DNA of 64,000 nt, taken from the NCBI RefSeq assembly GCF_035594765.1, contig NC_085841.1, forward strand, positions 342,683,402 to 342,747,401, given 5' to 3'. This DNA comes from Anolis carolinensis (Eukaryota). This document shows, one piece after another, positions 50,524 through 63,413 of the stretch. The stretch's first letter is position 1, and the number at the start of each line of letters is the position of its first letter. The translations under genes and the position numbers were made by a program. The notes under the pieces are model-generated. The model ran no database searches. It was given only the letters and a program-made list of their open reading frames with translations, and had not been told where the DNA came from.

Positions 50524-50952
50524 CTAGTTAACAATAAGCAAAAACAGTCCAAATGTTCAATCACTAGGGATGTAATTATTTATTGGGTTTATTTTCAAAG
50601 AAAGCAACAAATAATTTTAGCCATTTTCATCTCACTGCAAGAAAGTCTTTAAAAACTACACAGTTTTCAAAGACTGTTCACAATATGTGTTTTTTTCTCA
50701 GAAAACAGCATTCTTTGCATATGAAATAGCATTTCCCCAGAAAATACAGCCCAGAAAATAATAGTTTGCATAGAAATATTATTTTCTGTGCTGAAAATGC
50801 TACACTGTGTCCACTTTTTCTCTAGTTAGCCCATTAGAACAGTCCTTTATTCTGTTTTGCCACTTTCACATTTGGTGTGAAGATGGACAGGCTCTTTTGG
50901 TTGCTGCTCTCAGACTTTGAGCTTTGACACCTGCCCCATTGCAGCATATTAT

Positions 50953-51203
50953 AGAGCCATGGTGGCGCAATGGGTTAAACTCTTTTGCCGGCTGAACTGA
51001 TGACCTAAAAGTTGGTGGTTTGAAACTATGAGACGGAGTGAGCTTTTGTCTGTCAGCTCTAGCTTCCCATGCAAAAACATGAGAGAAGCCCCCCGCAGGA
51101 TGATAACATATCTGGGAATCCCCTGGGCAACATCTTTGGAGACAGCTGATTCTCTCACACCAGACGTGACTTGCCTCAATTTTCTTCTAACACGATAAAA
51201 AAA
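50953..51203 (+). mobile_element. tRNA-derived SINE
   Basis: Head ggtggcgcaatgggttaaa, B-box-like ggtttgaaac, A-rich tail. Confidence 0.75.
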
Positions 51204-51600
51204 TAGAATAAAAATGTGAGGAACTGCCAAAGAAGATTCCAAGGATATGGCTGGACAGCAGAGGGCTAATTGACTCCTTGGGAGGGGTAATTAATGATCT
51301 CTGCTCCTAAATGTCACTTTCTCCTTTTCACCCTCTGTATTCCTTATGTACATTTCTACAAGGCAAGAAAAAATACCATGCAGAGTGGTTTGAAGTCATG
51401 TTCAGTGCTATCACACCCAGGCCTTGAACCAGTTCCTGGCTTGGCAATCTAAGATATGGAATTCAGAAACGAAATACTCCAAAATCATCCACATCGGTGC
51501 CTGAGATAATGACATCTTTATTTTCTGATGGATCAATGCATGCAGACTTAGTTTCATGCACAAAACTATTTAAACTACTGTCTATACAATTATCTTCAAG

Positions 51601-51732
51601 CAGGCATGGGAAAACTTTGGCCCTCTGGGTATTTTGGACCAACTCCCACAATTCCTAACACCCTACCAGCTATTAAAAATTGTGGGAGTTGAAGTCCAAC
51701 ACACCTGGATGGCCCAGGTTTGTCCATGCCTG
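51601..51732. mobile_element. Palindromic hAT-type MITE
   Basis: Same family as 32324-32457; TIRs caggcatggg and ccatgcctg. Confidence 0.8.
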
Positions 51733-52100
51733 ATATAAGGCATACATGAAACATAAATGAATGTTTAGAAATATTCCAAAATCTCAAAAACAGCAACAAC
51801 CCTGAAATTTTGGATAAGGAATACTCAGTCCACACAAATCCAGATATTACTAATTTTTTTTAAATCAATATCCTAAATTTTTTTCTGAAAGTTTGGGATC
51901 AATTGGAAAACAACAGTTTTTTAAAATGGGAGGCAGGAGCACTGTTTTGGATTTATCAGCACCAACCCATATTATTCCAGTTGAATCTCTATGTATGTCT
52001 TTGTGCTCATTTTAAAACAAATGTATTCAATTCAGTTTATACAACTATGTAATAAGTTAAGAGGAGCATCATTTTAAAAGAGCACACAGAAATGGCTTAC

Positions 52101-52371
52101 TCATGCCTAAAGGATTGTGTCCATTTGCTTAGATTTTCTTTTGCCAAGGCACCTTCCACATGCTCCAGTTTACCCTCATCTGGAAGAATGAAGAATGCGG
52201 TAGCATCTCCTTTGTAAGGAAGTTCCACTACCCAGGAAAAAAGATCTTCATCATGGATAAATTTGTAGTAGCCTTTTCGATGCATCATTTTGACTTTCAC
52301 CGTAGTATTTGCGTCCACAAAGAAGTCTCTTTCCTTGATTGATTGAGTGTCAAAAGGGTTTTCCCAGTAAG
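52101..52371 (-). CDS. Serpin gene 4, coding exon 2
   Basis: (A)YWENPFDTQSIKERDFFVDANTTVKVKMM...FFILPDEGKL; gtaagc donor; 271 bp. Confidence 0.93.
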
Positions 52372-52836
52372 CTTGGAAGAAAGAGATTAGGTATCAGAAC
52401 AATGAAAATGTTTAATACCCAAAAATTGTACCCAATGTTTATCATATATAGCAAAGACAATCATGCTCACTCCTGATAAAATGTTCTGGATCCCATCTTT
52501 GTTAAAACTCTCCCCTACCCTCCAGATTTTTTCCCATTGAGTGAAATTAAACAATGGGGGGGGGGGTGTTGATATATTTTTTGTATCTCAGGAGTTATTT
52601 CCAAAAAATCTTGTGAAGATTATATTATCACAAAAAAAAGTTTTACTGGGGAAAAATACATTTTTTACAACCATGTGTGCCATAATTTTATCATTTTAGT
52701 CCAACTAAGGTAGGTCTAGAGAGTTAATTGGTGAGTCAAAAAAAAGGTAAACCCCATTGATTCCATGAGTCTAGCCTCACCTGAGCCACCATAGGTTACT
52801 GAGCATGTATTCTGGTCAAGGCCACACTGTATATGT

Positions 52837-52969
52837 CAAGCATGGGCAAATTCAGCCCTCCAGGTGTTTTGGACTTCAACTCCCACAATTCCTAACAGCC
52901 TACCAGCTTTTAGGAATTGTGGGAGTTGGAGTCCAAAACACCTGGAGGGCCGAAGTTTGCCCATGCCTA
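52837..52969. mobile_element. Palindromic hAT MITE
   Basis: Same family as 32324-32457; perfect 8-bp TSD GTATATGT. Confidence 0.88.
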
Positions 52970-54739
52970 GTATATGTACATTATAGAAATCAAGGATGGT
53001 AGAAATGTTTGTATTTTGCTTGTTATTAAAGAAATCTGGTTTGGTTTTTTGGGTTTTTTTTGCCAAACTATATTTTGCCAAACCTCAAAAAGACAAAAGC
53101 TGAAAAAATACAGGGTAAGATACTATTTCCCCTACTTAGATATGAATATGTAGCTAAAGGCCCTTCCAGACAGGCCCTATAGCACAGGATCTCATCTCAG
53201 GTTTTCTGCTTTACACTGGATTATAGGAGTCCGCACTGCCAGATAATATGGGATAAGCAGACGACCTGGGTTCAGATCCTAGAATATAGGGTTTATTTGG
53301 AAGGGCCCTAAGTACATCTCCTGAACTGACATCCTACATGTAGTTTAAAAGCCATCAGTGGCATTGAGCAATGGGAGTCTGTTTTGCTGCCAATCAGGTT
53401 GTAACAGGGTAACATTTCCAGCCTTCTGCAGCAGGTGAGCAAGTCATGACAATCAGAACTCTGATTACAGTTCCTCATCACAGGCTCACTGAAGGCCCTT
53501 CCACATAGCCATATAACCCAAAATATCAAGGCAGAAAATCCACAATATCTGCTTTGAACTGGAATATGGCTGTGTGGAAGAGCCCCAAGACAGTGGTTTC
53601 TACTCTCTAGAGAATTCCCTAGTTACACAGAAATATATACATGTGCACATTAAAATATTTGTTTTTTAAAAATCACCTTGCCAAAATTTAGTCAGCATTC
53701 TATACTGCAGTTACAGATTTGTAACAAAGAATTATGGATCTCTAACCACTAAATATCCAGCAACATTGTCTAGTCTTGCTGTAAGACAAATACCATCCTA
53801 GCCCAGCTTAACAGCCAGATGCTAGATTGTTTGAAGGTGGTCTATTTCAAACTGCCATTTGGCTCTCAACTCCCTCCCAACAACAAGTAATAGTCAGAAG
53901 CAGTCTCTATTCGAGTGGTGTAGTGCACAAACTTTGGCCCTTCAAGTGTTTGGGACTCCAACTCCCAGGAGCCATAGCAATCTTGTCCAATGGCCAAAAA
54001 ATTCAAGGAGCTGAAGTTAAAAACACCTGGAATATCACAGGTTGTGCACCACTTCTACATCCCTGCTGCAACCTCATTTACTGGTGGGAGATGGCTTCAT
54101 CCTCCATGTATTCCAATTAGCTGCTGAATATACCTCCTTCACCTGTTGCAGGTAACCTGTGAGGCACGTCAGGCCAAGAGATATTACCAGATTACAGCTA
54201 AGTAGGTAATTTGCCAATGCAGAATATCAATGTTTGTCTGAAAAGAAGCTGCGCATTCATGATATGATGGCAGTAATTATGCTTATTTTTTCAAAAAGGC
54301 ATTAAGTAGCTAAAGAAACCAAAGGTCACACAAACTGAACATGTCTCTCAGTTAGGTCTCTAGATGGTTACAGGTAAAATAGAACATTTTCTTTCAGAAT
54401 AAATTATCAAGTGCTAAGAAGAAAACAAGGGTAAGTGGAAAGAAGAATGTGGCAGTCCAATACCCTGAGAACATTAAGTAAATTTGATTGATGGGAGCAT
54501 GAACTAAACATTGAGGTTAACTCATTGTACACTTTTCCCTCTTTACCAAACACTCTTACTTTTTATGCAAATCTGTATGTTCATCCTTACTCTAGAGCTA
54601 TAAAGACAGTATTTTAGCACTATGTAACATAACAAGGAAAGTCTGGGGTGATGTTGAGGAAGAGTAGATTCCTAGACAACTAAGTCCTATGCCAGACTGT
54701 CTGAAGCTCTAACAAAAACATCTTTACCCTTCAACTTAC

Positions 54740-55409
54740 CTTTGAAGAAGATGTAATTTACAAGAACCATGACAGCATTCGGGTCAAGTTCATTAAGTGC
54801 AGAGGATATTTTCCCATTCGTTTTGTTCTGCACATAATAATCAATCTGCTTTTTAGCCACACTGGGGTTGCTGAAGTTGGTAGAAAAACCATCGGCACCA
54901 TACAAGTTTTTGGCATCATCCAAAAAAGCAGGCAGGAACTTCTGTGATGGTTCTATAAATAAACCATTCCCTAAATTCACCTGTGCTTTGTTATTTGGTT
55001 GGTTAAGCACATAAAGGAGCTGGTGGAACCCTTCATGGATTTCCTTCTCCTCAATTTCCAGCAGATCAAAAGCAAGTCCTTTAAAAATCTCATCATGGGT
55101 TTCAGATTTGGCACCTAATGCCAACAAACTAAAAGCTGTGGAGATGCTGAGAGGAGAGAAGAAAATATTTTTGCCATCTGGATCTGAAACAATGTTTCTG
55201 TAGAACCGGAATGCAAAGTCAGCATTACTGGGAATTATCTTATGATAGACTGGAGATTTCTGTCCCTGCTGTTCTCTTGAAAGAGTGTACTGATGTTCAC
55301 GTGGATTGTTATCTTCATGATCATCTTGGTGACCATCATGTCCTGGTAGATGATGACAACAGACTTGAAGACTAGTCAGTAACAAGGAGAGGTTGATGAT
55401 GGACTTCAT
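54740..55409 (-). CDS. Serpin gene 4 (clade A), coding exon 1 of 4
   Basis: ATG at 55409 (MKSIINLSLLLTSLQVCC); IIPSNADFAF, NIFFSP, LVNYIFFKG; gtaagt donor; 670 bp. Confidence 0.93.
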
Positions 55410-56991
55410 TGGGATATGCAAGTCTTCTGCTAACAGTCCCCATAGAAGACATTAGAAGATCAATCCAGAAATACATAGGAATTTTGCAATAATGGAGTAT
55501 TCTGCCCTAGATCTATACATTTATATATCATAAATTATTCACATTTCCTGTGAGCAGTATAAGAAAGAATTTTAGAAGTTAGTTACACTAAAACACAAAT
55601 TGACTATAAAACTGTATCCTAATTGGGCTTCTCAGCATTTTAATATCTGTTTACATAACTCGCAAAATAAGAATGTTATTCTGGATCTTAAAACCCTCAC
55701 ACATTCTTTGGCATTTAAACTGAACAAAACATATTCTAGCCAAACCTTTCCTCAAAAATGTGATTTGGATATTTTTGAAGCCACCTTCCAATAACATGAT
55801 TAGTTCATATTTGTTTTGATGGGAAGCCTAATAATTCCCTTTTGAGAAGCTTCAGCATTGTCTTTAAAATTCCTAACTCTATTTTTTTAAAGTGCAAAGC
55901 CTATAGGGTGTATTGAAGTTCAATTAGAAGACAAATGAAAATCTGCCATTAATTCTCAGGATTCCCAATTATATTCAAGGGATCCTGGAAAGTTAAACTA
56001 CCAGAGATACAAATTTTTATGAAAAAAAGAATAGATTTTTTGATTATGAAGAAGACAACAGAGACAGGGTAGGAAGTGTTAGTTAGGGATTTCTATTTTC
56101 AGTTTCTCAACTTTTATATCTCAATTGTTTCAAAACACTGTACACCCATTTTTCTATCCTGTTTTAGATAAGAAAATAAATGCTCTTTTTTCTCTTTTCT
56201 TTTAACATCATAGAACCTTTCTTGTGTATTAGAGAAAAATGGAAAAAGATGAAGATGTAACTTTTTAAAAATGCCCCTGTTCTATATCCACTCTTGTACC
56301 ATTCCCCATTCCTCAAATATTTGCAATAAAAATTACACGGAAAAAATCTGCCATTAATTATGAAATGCGGTACTGGAGGAAAGCTCTATGGTTATCATGA
56401 GCTGCCAAAAACATCAATAAATACGTCTAAGAACAATCACATTTAAACTCTCACTAGAAGTCAAAATGACTCAACTCAAGCTCTCATGCTCTGGGCATTT
56501 CACAAGACAATATGACTCTTTGGAAAGTAGAAGGCAATAGGAAAAAAAGAATACCACTTTACAGATGGCTTGACTTAATAAATGAAGCCAAAGCCTTGCA
56601 TTTCCAAGATCTGAGTAAGGCTAATAGTAATGATAACAACAACAACAACAACAACAACAACAACCTAACATATCTCCCCGAAGGGACTCAGGGCGGTTGA
56701 TGAAGGTTCTTGGAAGTTTCCCATTCATAAGATCACCATAAGTCAAAAACAATTTCATGGAAAATAACAACAGCTATAACATTAACTGCAATCCTATACA
56801 CACATACATTGGGGTAAGCCCCATTTAACTCATTTATTTAACTCTGTGACACGATACACATTGACCTGATTTCTGTTGTACAGTGTGAAGCACAATAGAT
56901 CAATTGATTCTGTTGTTGAATGATGAATTAACATCAAGTCTTTTGATTGAATTTGTCTACTTTATCAGGGAGCTAACAATAAGATTTAGAC

Positions 56992-56995
<4 letters not shown>

Positions 56996-57047
<52 letters not shown>
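56996..57047. repeat. (ATT)n microsatellite
   Basis: Direct reading. Confidence 0.95.
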
Positions 57048-57049
<2 letters not shown>

Positions 57050-57182
57050 AGTAACACACTGCCTAAATATGTTGTAGACAACAGCTGTCATCTGATCTTG
57101 AAAATCAGGCATGGTCAAGCCTAGGTAGTACTTGGAAAGGAGACTGCCAAGGAATAGCAGGTGCCATGGGCTCTATTAAGAG

Positions 57183-57579
57183 CAGGGGTCCCCAAACTAA
57201 GACCCACGGGCTAGATGTGGCCCTCCAAGGTCATTTACCTGGCCCTCACCCTAAACTTTAGACTTAGGGTTGCTCTAATTCTGAAATGACTTGAAGGCAC
57301 GCAACAACAACAGCAATCGTCATTAACTTGACTATCTCATCAACCAAAACCAGGCACACACATTCCATTGAAATACTGTTATGTTTATGTTGGTTTAAAC
57401 CATTCTTAATTTTAAATATTGTATTGTTCTTTCGTGGTTTTTTTTTTTTTGCACTACAAATAAGATATGTGTAGTGCACATAGGAATTTGTTCATGTTTT
57501 TTTTCAAACTATAGTCCGGCCCGCAACAATATGAGGGACCATGAATCACCCCAGTGCTAAAAAAGTTTGAGGAATCCTG
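57183..57579. mobile_element. hAT non-autonomous transposon (intron 1 of gene 4)
   Basis: TIRs caggggtccccaaact and agtttgaggaatcctg; 8-bp TSD attaagag / atttagag. Confidence 0.8.
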
Positions 57580-57709
57580 ATTTAGAGGAAAAGCTTCCAA
57601 ATAAATCTCAAAACGAAAATCATATAAAAGGATTACCAAAAACTGGAGTGGACTTTAAGGCACATAACAGAACTATAGTACTTTCGGAGCAAAGGGGAAA
57701 AAATAATAT

Positions 57710-57868
57710 ACTTACATATCTTTAGAAGAATCTTATGGCACAAATAGGCTACAATCCTCTCTCTTCTGTAATTTATGTACTAGGTTTGTACTCAGTATAC
57801 GTTGTTAACTATTAAGCAGTGCAAATAGGGATTTCCAAAGGGAGGCAGAGGAAAATGTGATGCAATGA
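57710..57868 (-). promoter_or_regulatory. Gene 4 promoter and non-coding exon 1
   Basis: GTAAGT donor at 57710-57715; TACATAAA at 57772-57779; HNF1-like GTTAACTATTAAG at 57804-57816; FOXA-like site 57821-57827; C/EBP-like site 57859-57866. Confidence 0.7.
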
Positions 57869-58116
57869 AATTGTAGCTTGCTTTTGACCTTTATATAATG
57901 GCAGCACATTGGTAGTCGATAAGATCAAGGGGAAAAATATGACATGTACGTGATTTGGCTCCTGACCCTACTGCTCTTTGAGCATTTAATTGTCAGTAAA
58001 CCAATTTCTCATCGAAATTTTCCTCATTCTTAAGACTGGAACTCAAGAAGGCTTGCACATAAAAAAGATTACAATTAAAAAGCATACAAAAAGTAAAGAG
58101 TAAAACCAAAATAAAT

Positions 58117-58352
58117 GGGTTGCTGTGAAGTCACACTTGTCTCAAGCAAACAAGAGTTCTTTATCCCACCCTGGATCTTCCTCAGATATATAAACCCCAC
58201 TTGCCTAGTTTCCAACAGACCTCACAACCTCTGAAAATTTCTGCCAAAGATGTGGGCAAAACATCAGGAGAGAATGCTTCTGGAACATGGCCACACAGCC
58301 CGAAAAACTCCCAGCAACCCAGTGATTCCAGCCATGAAAGCCTTTGACAACA
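58117..58352 (+). mobile_element. Penelope-like terminal repeat fragment with decayed hammerhead
   Basis: Homologous to 19730-19897. Core has mutated to CTGAAAA...CAAAACATC. A short inverted piece gggttgctgtg sits at 58117. Confidence 0.78.
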
Positions 58353-58444
58353 AAATTAAATGATTAATCATATTAAACACATACACTCCAAAAAGATCTT
58401 TAAAATTACACATTACAATTTAAACCAACCACAACATTTATAAC

Positions 58445-59318
58445 TGTGATGCCTCATGGGCCTTGTAGTCCTGTTCCTAGTACTATCGTGGCAGATGAAG
58501 ATGAAAACATGGGGTTTTCGCCGGTTCAACAAGAGCCGGAGTCCCTTCACCTGCCGGATGTTGATGTTTGCCCTCAAGAATTCAGTAAAACAGGCCTTGG
58601 GCATTACTCCCCTCCGTTTCCCAGGAAGGAATCTTACTCTAGAGACAGAGGAGTCAGAGAAGCAAATCGAAGGAGTTTACGGACCGCTGCCAAACAACAG
58701 GCTGATTAGGCCTGCTTCCCTTGGGAAATTCTAAGGAGTCATGCATCTGGACAGAGTTGGGTTTCGCTTCTCGTTCTCTAGGGAAAGAGATTGTTGGCGG
58801 GAAAACGAGACCCAATATAGGTGTTTGGCGCGGGAGATTCTTTGCAGAGTCAACAGATCAGCTTCAGGAGTGAGATCGTGTGTGGACTTCGTAACCCCAG
58901 TTCCTTGCCTCCCAGATCACGTATTCAAGTTTATGCATCGCCTTGCTTTCGACCACGAACCTTGTTCCAGGATCCACGGATTACCTTGTTTCTAGTCACG
59001 GACCTAGTCAAAGAACCAAGTTTATTTCCAGCCTTGTTCCAGCCTTGTTGTCAAGCTACCTTGGACTCTAAGACTCTGACATTTCCCCACACTATTGCTT
59101 GGCAGAAGTGTGTTTCGATCAAGTGGATTAAAACTTTGAACTCTAATATCATTTATTGGACAATTCATTTTTGGACTATATTTGACCTCATTTGAAAGGT
59201 CTGCTTCTGAACTATATTCTTCACTTGTTTTTATTGCCTTTATATATTTCCTTAATAAAGATATTAGATAGAGACTGGCCTCCGTGTATGGTTCTTGGTG
59301 CCCAGCTGACAGAGGTCA
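58445..59318 (+). mobile_element. Solo LTR, 874 bp (Gypsy-like by TSD length)
   Basis: TG...CA termini; 5-bp TSD ATAAC at 58440-58444 and 59319-59323; AATAAA at 59254-59259; CpGs retained. Confidence 0.82.
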
Positions 59319-61583
59319 ATAACCCATTTTTAAAAGCTTTCAGTTCTAAAAATACAAATAAAAAAGTCTTCATTTGCCAATGGAGAGGAAGGAAGTTTCA
59401 AAGCCAAGGCTATTGTGAGGTCCTTCTTTCATGTTTTCACCAGTCATACCTATGAATGTGATGGAAGTGAGAGAAGAACCTCTCTTTTGGATATCAAGGG
59501 CTGGAGTGGCTCATAATGGTTGTTACAGTTTGTCAAATTATTAGCTAAATAATGTTGGACTACAGCTCCCATCTTTCCTTATCATTGGCCATGCTAGCTA
59601 CTAGTATTGCTGGGATTTGTATTCCTATAACACTTGGAGGGCCATTGTGTTTTATAACAATAAATAATAATAACTTTATTTTTATACCCCACCACCATCT
59701 CCTCGAAGGGACCCTGGGTGGCTTACATATGGGACAGAAAGTCCAACAGACATAAAAGCAAACAATCCATTAAAACAAAACCACCACTAAAATAAAATAA
59801 GAACATTATAAATTACAACAATCCGCATAAACACAATTAAGCATAAAAGAAAAAGTACAACAGCACTGAGGCTCCATCAGACTGTGTTCAACAAAAACCA
59901 GTGACCATAATTATAAAAATGGGCATGATCAGGCTATAAAAGGGTCAGGCATGTGATAGTGCAAAACAACATACAATAAGGCCAAGGAAATTTATGATGT
60001 TTTATACCTTTTTTATACCTATTAAAAAGTATAATTCCTACCATCTCTAACTTTTGTTAGATGCGACTGTCAGGAATGGCATGCTCAATTTCTGGAGGGT
60101 AAATATACACTCTATCATTAATGTACAGAATGGGTTTTGCCAGACTGTATGCCGCTTTAGGAGAAACAAGAAAACATATCACACTGTTATCCGCTCCTCT
60201 TTCCAGCTGTCGAAAGATAAGCTTTTCCATGTCTTTGGAAATGTGTTGCTCTTTCCGTTTTTCTAGCCGTTTTATCTATAGTAGCACTCTTACATCTGTC
60301 AAAGATTTTGTATAGTCATAGTTTCATTGCCCCAGATTTATTTTGCAAGATGTTTATCTGGGTTTGAGGACAAAGTGTCCCTTTCCTGAATGAAAAATGT
60401 CCTTCCTTTCACAAAAGGAACATATATCCAAAAAACTCCAAAAATGTAAATTGTATATTTTATGTTCTTAATTCTTTTTTAATGAAGCACACTAACTCCA
60501 TAATCTTTTTAAAAGACATTTCTTTCAAACATTCAAGATATCTGTATATATTGAGCTGCATGATGTAAGTTAATAAAGCGACCAGACAAATTCATTTTAT
60601 CAGAGTAGTTCTTTTATTAATTTTTAAAAAGCACCGATGTATCTCAACAAAAAAGTTGCTTTGCACAACTGTATTTTGCACAGTTTGGTTTTTTTCTGCA
60701 CAATGTTTTTTTTTTTTTTTTTTGCAAAAATTGAGAATTGTGAAAGATCTTACCAGACCTGACTATTTTTTATTGAGACACCTTTTAAGACTCTTATCTT
60801 CATTCTGTTTTGACATGCTAATCAGGATTCTACATAGGTTGGTTGGTTATCCCTTTACAGATGGAACCAGAATACTCAAGGCCATCACATAATGCAATAC
60901 AAACTGTTACAAAAATTGGGATAAAGGTACATTGAATGTAAGTATTCTATTTTGGAATATCTTTTTAAAAAACCTATACATCATATCAAAATCTATAATT
61001 GGGTTTTGATTATTATTATAATTTTAAAATTTGAATTTTTCCATTAATTCTGGAATATCTTCAATATTCATTTTAAAAAGCAACCATGCCTCAATGACTT
61101 TCAATCACATTGTTGTCAAATCTTCTGCCTTTTGAAACCAAATAAAAGTTTTGTCATTATTTGATGAGAATTATTACAGAAGATATAACTCTTAAATTCC
61201 AGAGACTTCAGTTATTTCATTAGTACAAAGGAAAGGACATTAAGCCATCTTTTCACATGTGGTTGATGTATTTGGGTAGCACCATGTTCATTTACTCATA
61301 TAGAGTGAATTCAGGAACCTTATTGTTTGAATTAGAGAAGAGCAGGGGAATCATTTTGGTATCATCTCCCGTGATGGTGCCACCTAGTGCAGTCGACATC
61401 TACTGCTCCCCACCAGTGAGGAATCATATGGTCCCTCCTCCTCACATCATTGTCAGGACTTCTATGTTATCATGTTTACTTAATTAGGAATGCATGATAG
61501 TGACAGTTCATGTACAGTAAATGACAGCCATGATTTTTATTTTTTATTTATTTCAGTCATCATTAAATATTACAATTAAATCA

Positions 61584-61787
61584 CTAGTAATGTGATTCAG
61601 TCTCTTTAGGATTTGTAATTTTTCCCATCAGTAAGATGGACCTGCTCAAAGATTCAAAGACAATCACTATGAAAGGCCTATTAAATTTTATTATATGAGG
61701 GCGAGCATTGGGCACAATTTCAGTGACAACAGTAGAAGCAGCTTCAGTGCCATTCTCATGGACACGTAGATAAACTTGGTGAATTGC
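61584..61787 (-). CDS. Serpin gene 5, final coding exon with atypical RCL (P1-P1' Asn-Ala)
   Basis: AIHQVYLRVHENGTEAASTVVTEIVPN|ARPHIIKFNRPFIVIVFESLSRSILLMGKITNPKETESHY*; AATAAA motifs near 61536-61552. Confidence 0.92.
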   Translation of the reverse strand, partial: AIHQVYLRVHENGTEAASTVVTEIVPNARPHIIKFNRPFIVIVFESLSRSILLMGKITNPKETESHY

Positions 61788-62659
61788 CTGCAAGGAAGGG
61801 AAGCAAGAATTAGTAAAGGAACACACAATTTAAATTTAATTATATGGTATGCCCTGGTCCTTAAAATCACAGGATTCCACTTTTTGTGTGGAGGGGGACA
61901 TTGTCATGTGTCTCTAGATCAGTTGAAATATTTTGACCAATGATCTTAAAATGTTTGTGCAATCTACCTGAAACATCTAGGAGAGTTCTTGATCTTGGGA
62001 AACAAATGAACCTTTTCAGTATTGGCTCTGACAAAAACCTACCTAGTGTATCATTTTTGGTGTCATATCAGTGACCTAGACTCCTGCGGGAAGTCCATAA
62101 GCAGGAACTGGGGGATATGAGGGGTGTTGTAAGAAAATTATCTTGCTTTAAATTTTCAAAAAGTTAGTGCTGGCATGCAACCATTTGAAAATATGCCCAA
62201 AAATACATAGGCTGTGATTCTATTTAAAATCAGAAGAGCAGAACACTCTACTAACTGTTCTGATGCAGCAACCCAAGCATGAGCCCTATTAGCCAGACCA
62301 ACGTACAAGAGACAGCTCTCCGAAGGAGACATTGTATAGCTCTAAGCTTGTAAAAATACAACTACTTTCTTTTCCAACTACTTTCCACTACTTCTTTGGC
62401 TCTGCATCTGTAAAGGATGAAGATTATTTGGCATAATGTTGAACATCCAGAGATTTTGAGACCCACCATGAGTTTGTTATTTCTGTCTTAGCTTGGACAA
62501 GCATGGTGGTGATGCACAATAATTCCATATATTTTTCTCTACAGAATAATTGATATGCAATTCTTTTTCAAAAAGCAAATATTCACATAGAGAGAGAACA
62601 GAGCAGAAGTATTTTTCCTCTGTCAACAGAATAACTTTTCCATGGTAATTACTCATCCC

Positions 62660-63130
62660 CAAACGAATCAAGGAGTTGCTCCCCTTGCTCTTTCTTGGAA
62701 AAGCCTGTGATACATGTCCTTGTTATATCTCAAATGGATGTTTGTAACATGCTGTACATGGTGCTGCATTTGAAAAATACCAAGAAACCTCCTTTGACAC
62801 AAAGAAAATTCAATGAAGTATATGACTCCCTTGTAACAACAGTTTCACTGTCTGCCTGTCTGCTACCAGCTACTATTGAAAGTGCTGGTTTAGATCTGTC
62901 AACCTTATACAGATCAAGTTTAGGCTATCTGGTGGCCTGCGTTTTCCTACAAGCACCTGTCTGAATTGTAAAGACTTCTCAGGGGCTCTTTATTGTCTCA
63001 ATAACTTTACACACATCTTTGGTGGAAACATGGGAGGTACCTTCTTAATAACTGTGCCAAGACCTTGGTCCCCACTCCCCTAAAAATCCAGGATGGTTCC
63101 CTCTTTAAGGTTCCTCCATCAGCAAGTGAA
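62660..63130 (+). mobile_element. Decayed L2 fragment (last intron of gene 5)
   Basis: PVIHVLVISQMDVCNMLYMVLHLK resembles the L2 motif VIHALVTSRLDYCNALYxGLPLK. Confidence 0.6.
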
Positions 63131-63413
63131 AACTTTTTTCTTGTCTGATGAAACCTTAGGATCTCACTTCAACAGTATTCTAGTTTATTACTGATACTTT
63201 TAAATTAGATAGACTAAGAAGGTTTTAATTTCATATAGAGTTTAATTACATTTTAACAATAACTTTTTATGTATTTGTTTCCATGAGGGTTGTCTTATTT
63301 AAATTGTTGTTAGTGGCTTTTGTAAAATAGGATATCATTGAATTTTATAGGAAAAGTATTTTTTGCTATTCCTGGTTTAATTCCTGTTCTGTGATTAATT
63401 TTGAGGAGCATAC

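Noticed and set aside
60057-60810. CpG-containing minus-strand stretch with a ~73-codon open frame and a plausible donor (60753) and acceptor (60386)
   Set aside because: The spliced frame hits TGA at 60316-60318, and the long open frame is in a different phase. No recognisable domain, and this length is expected by chance in 64 kb.
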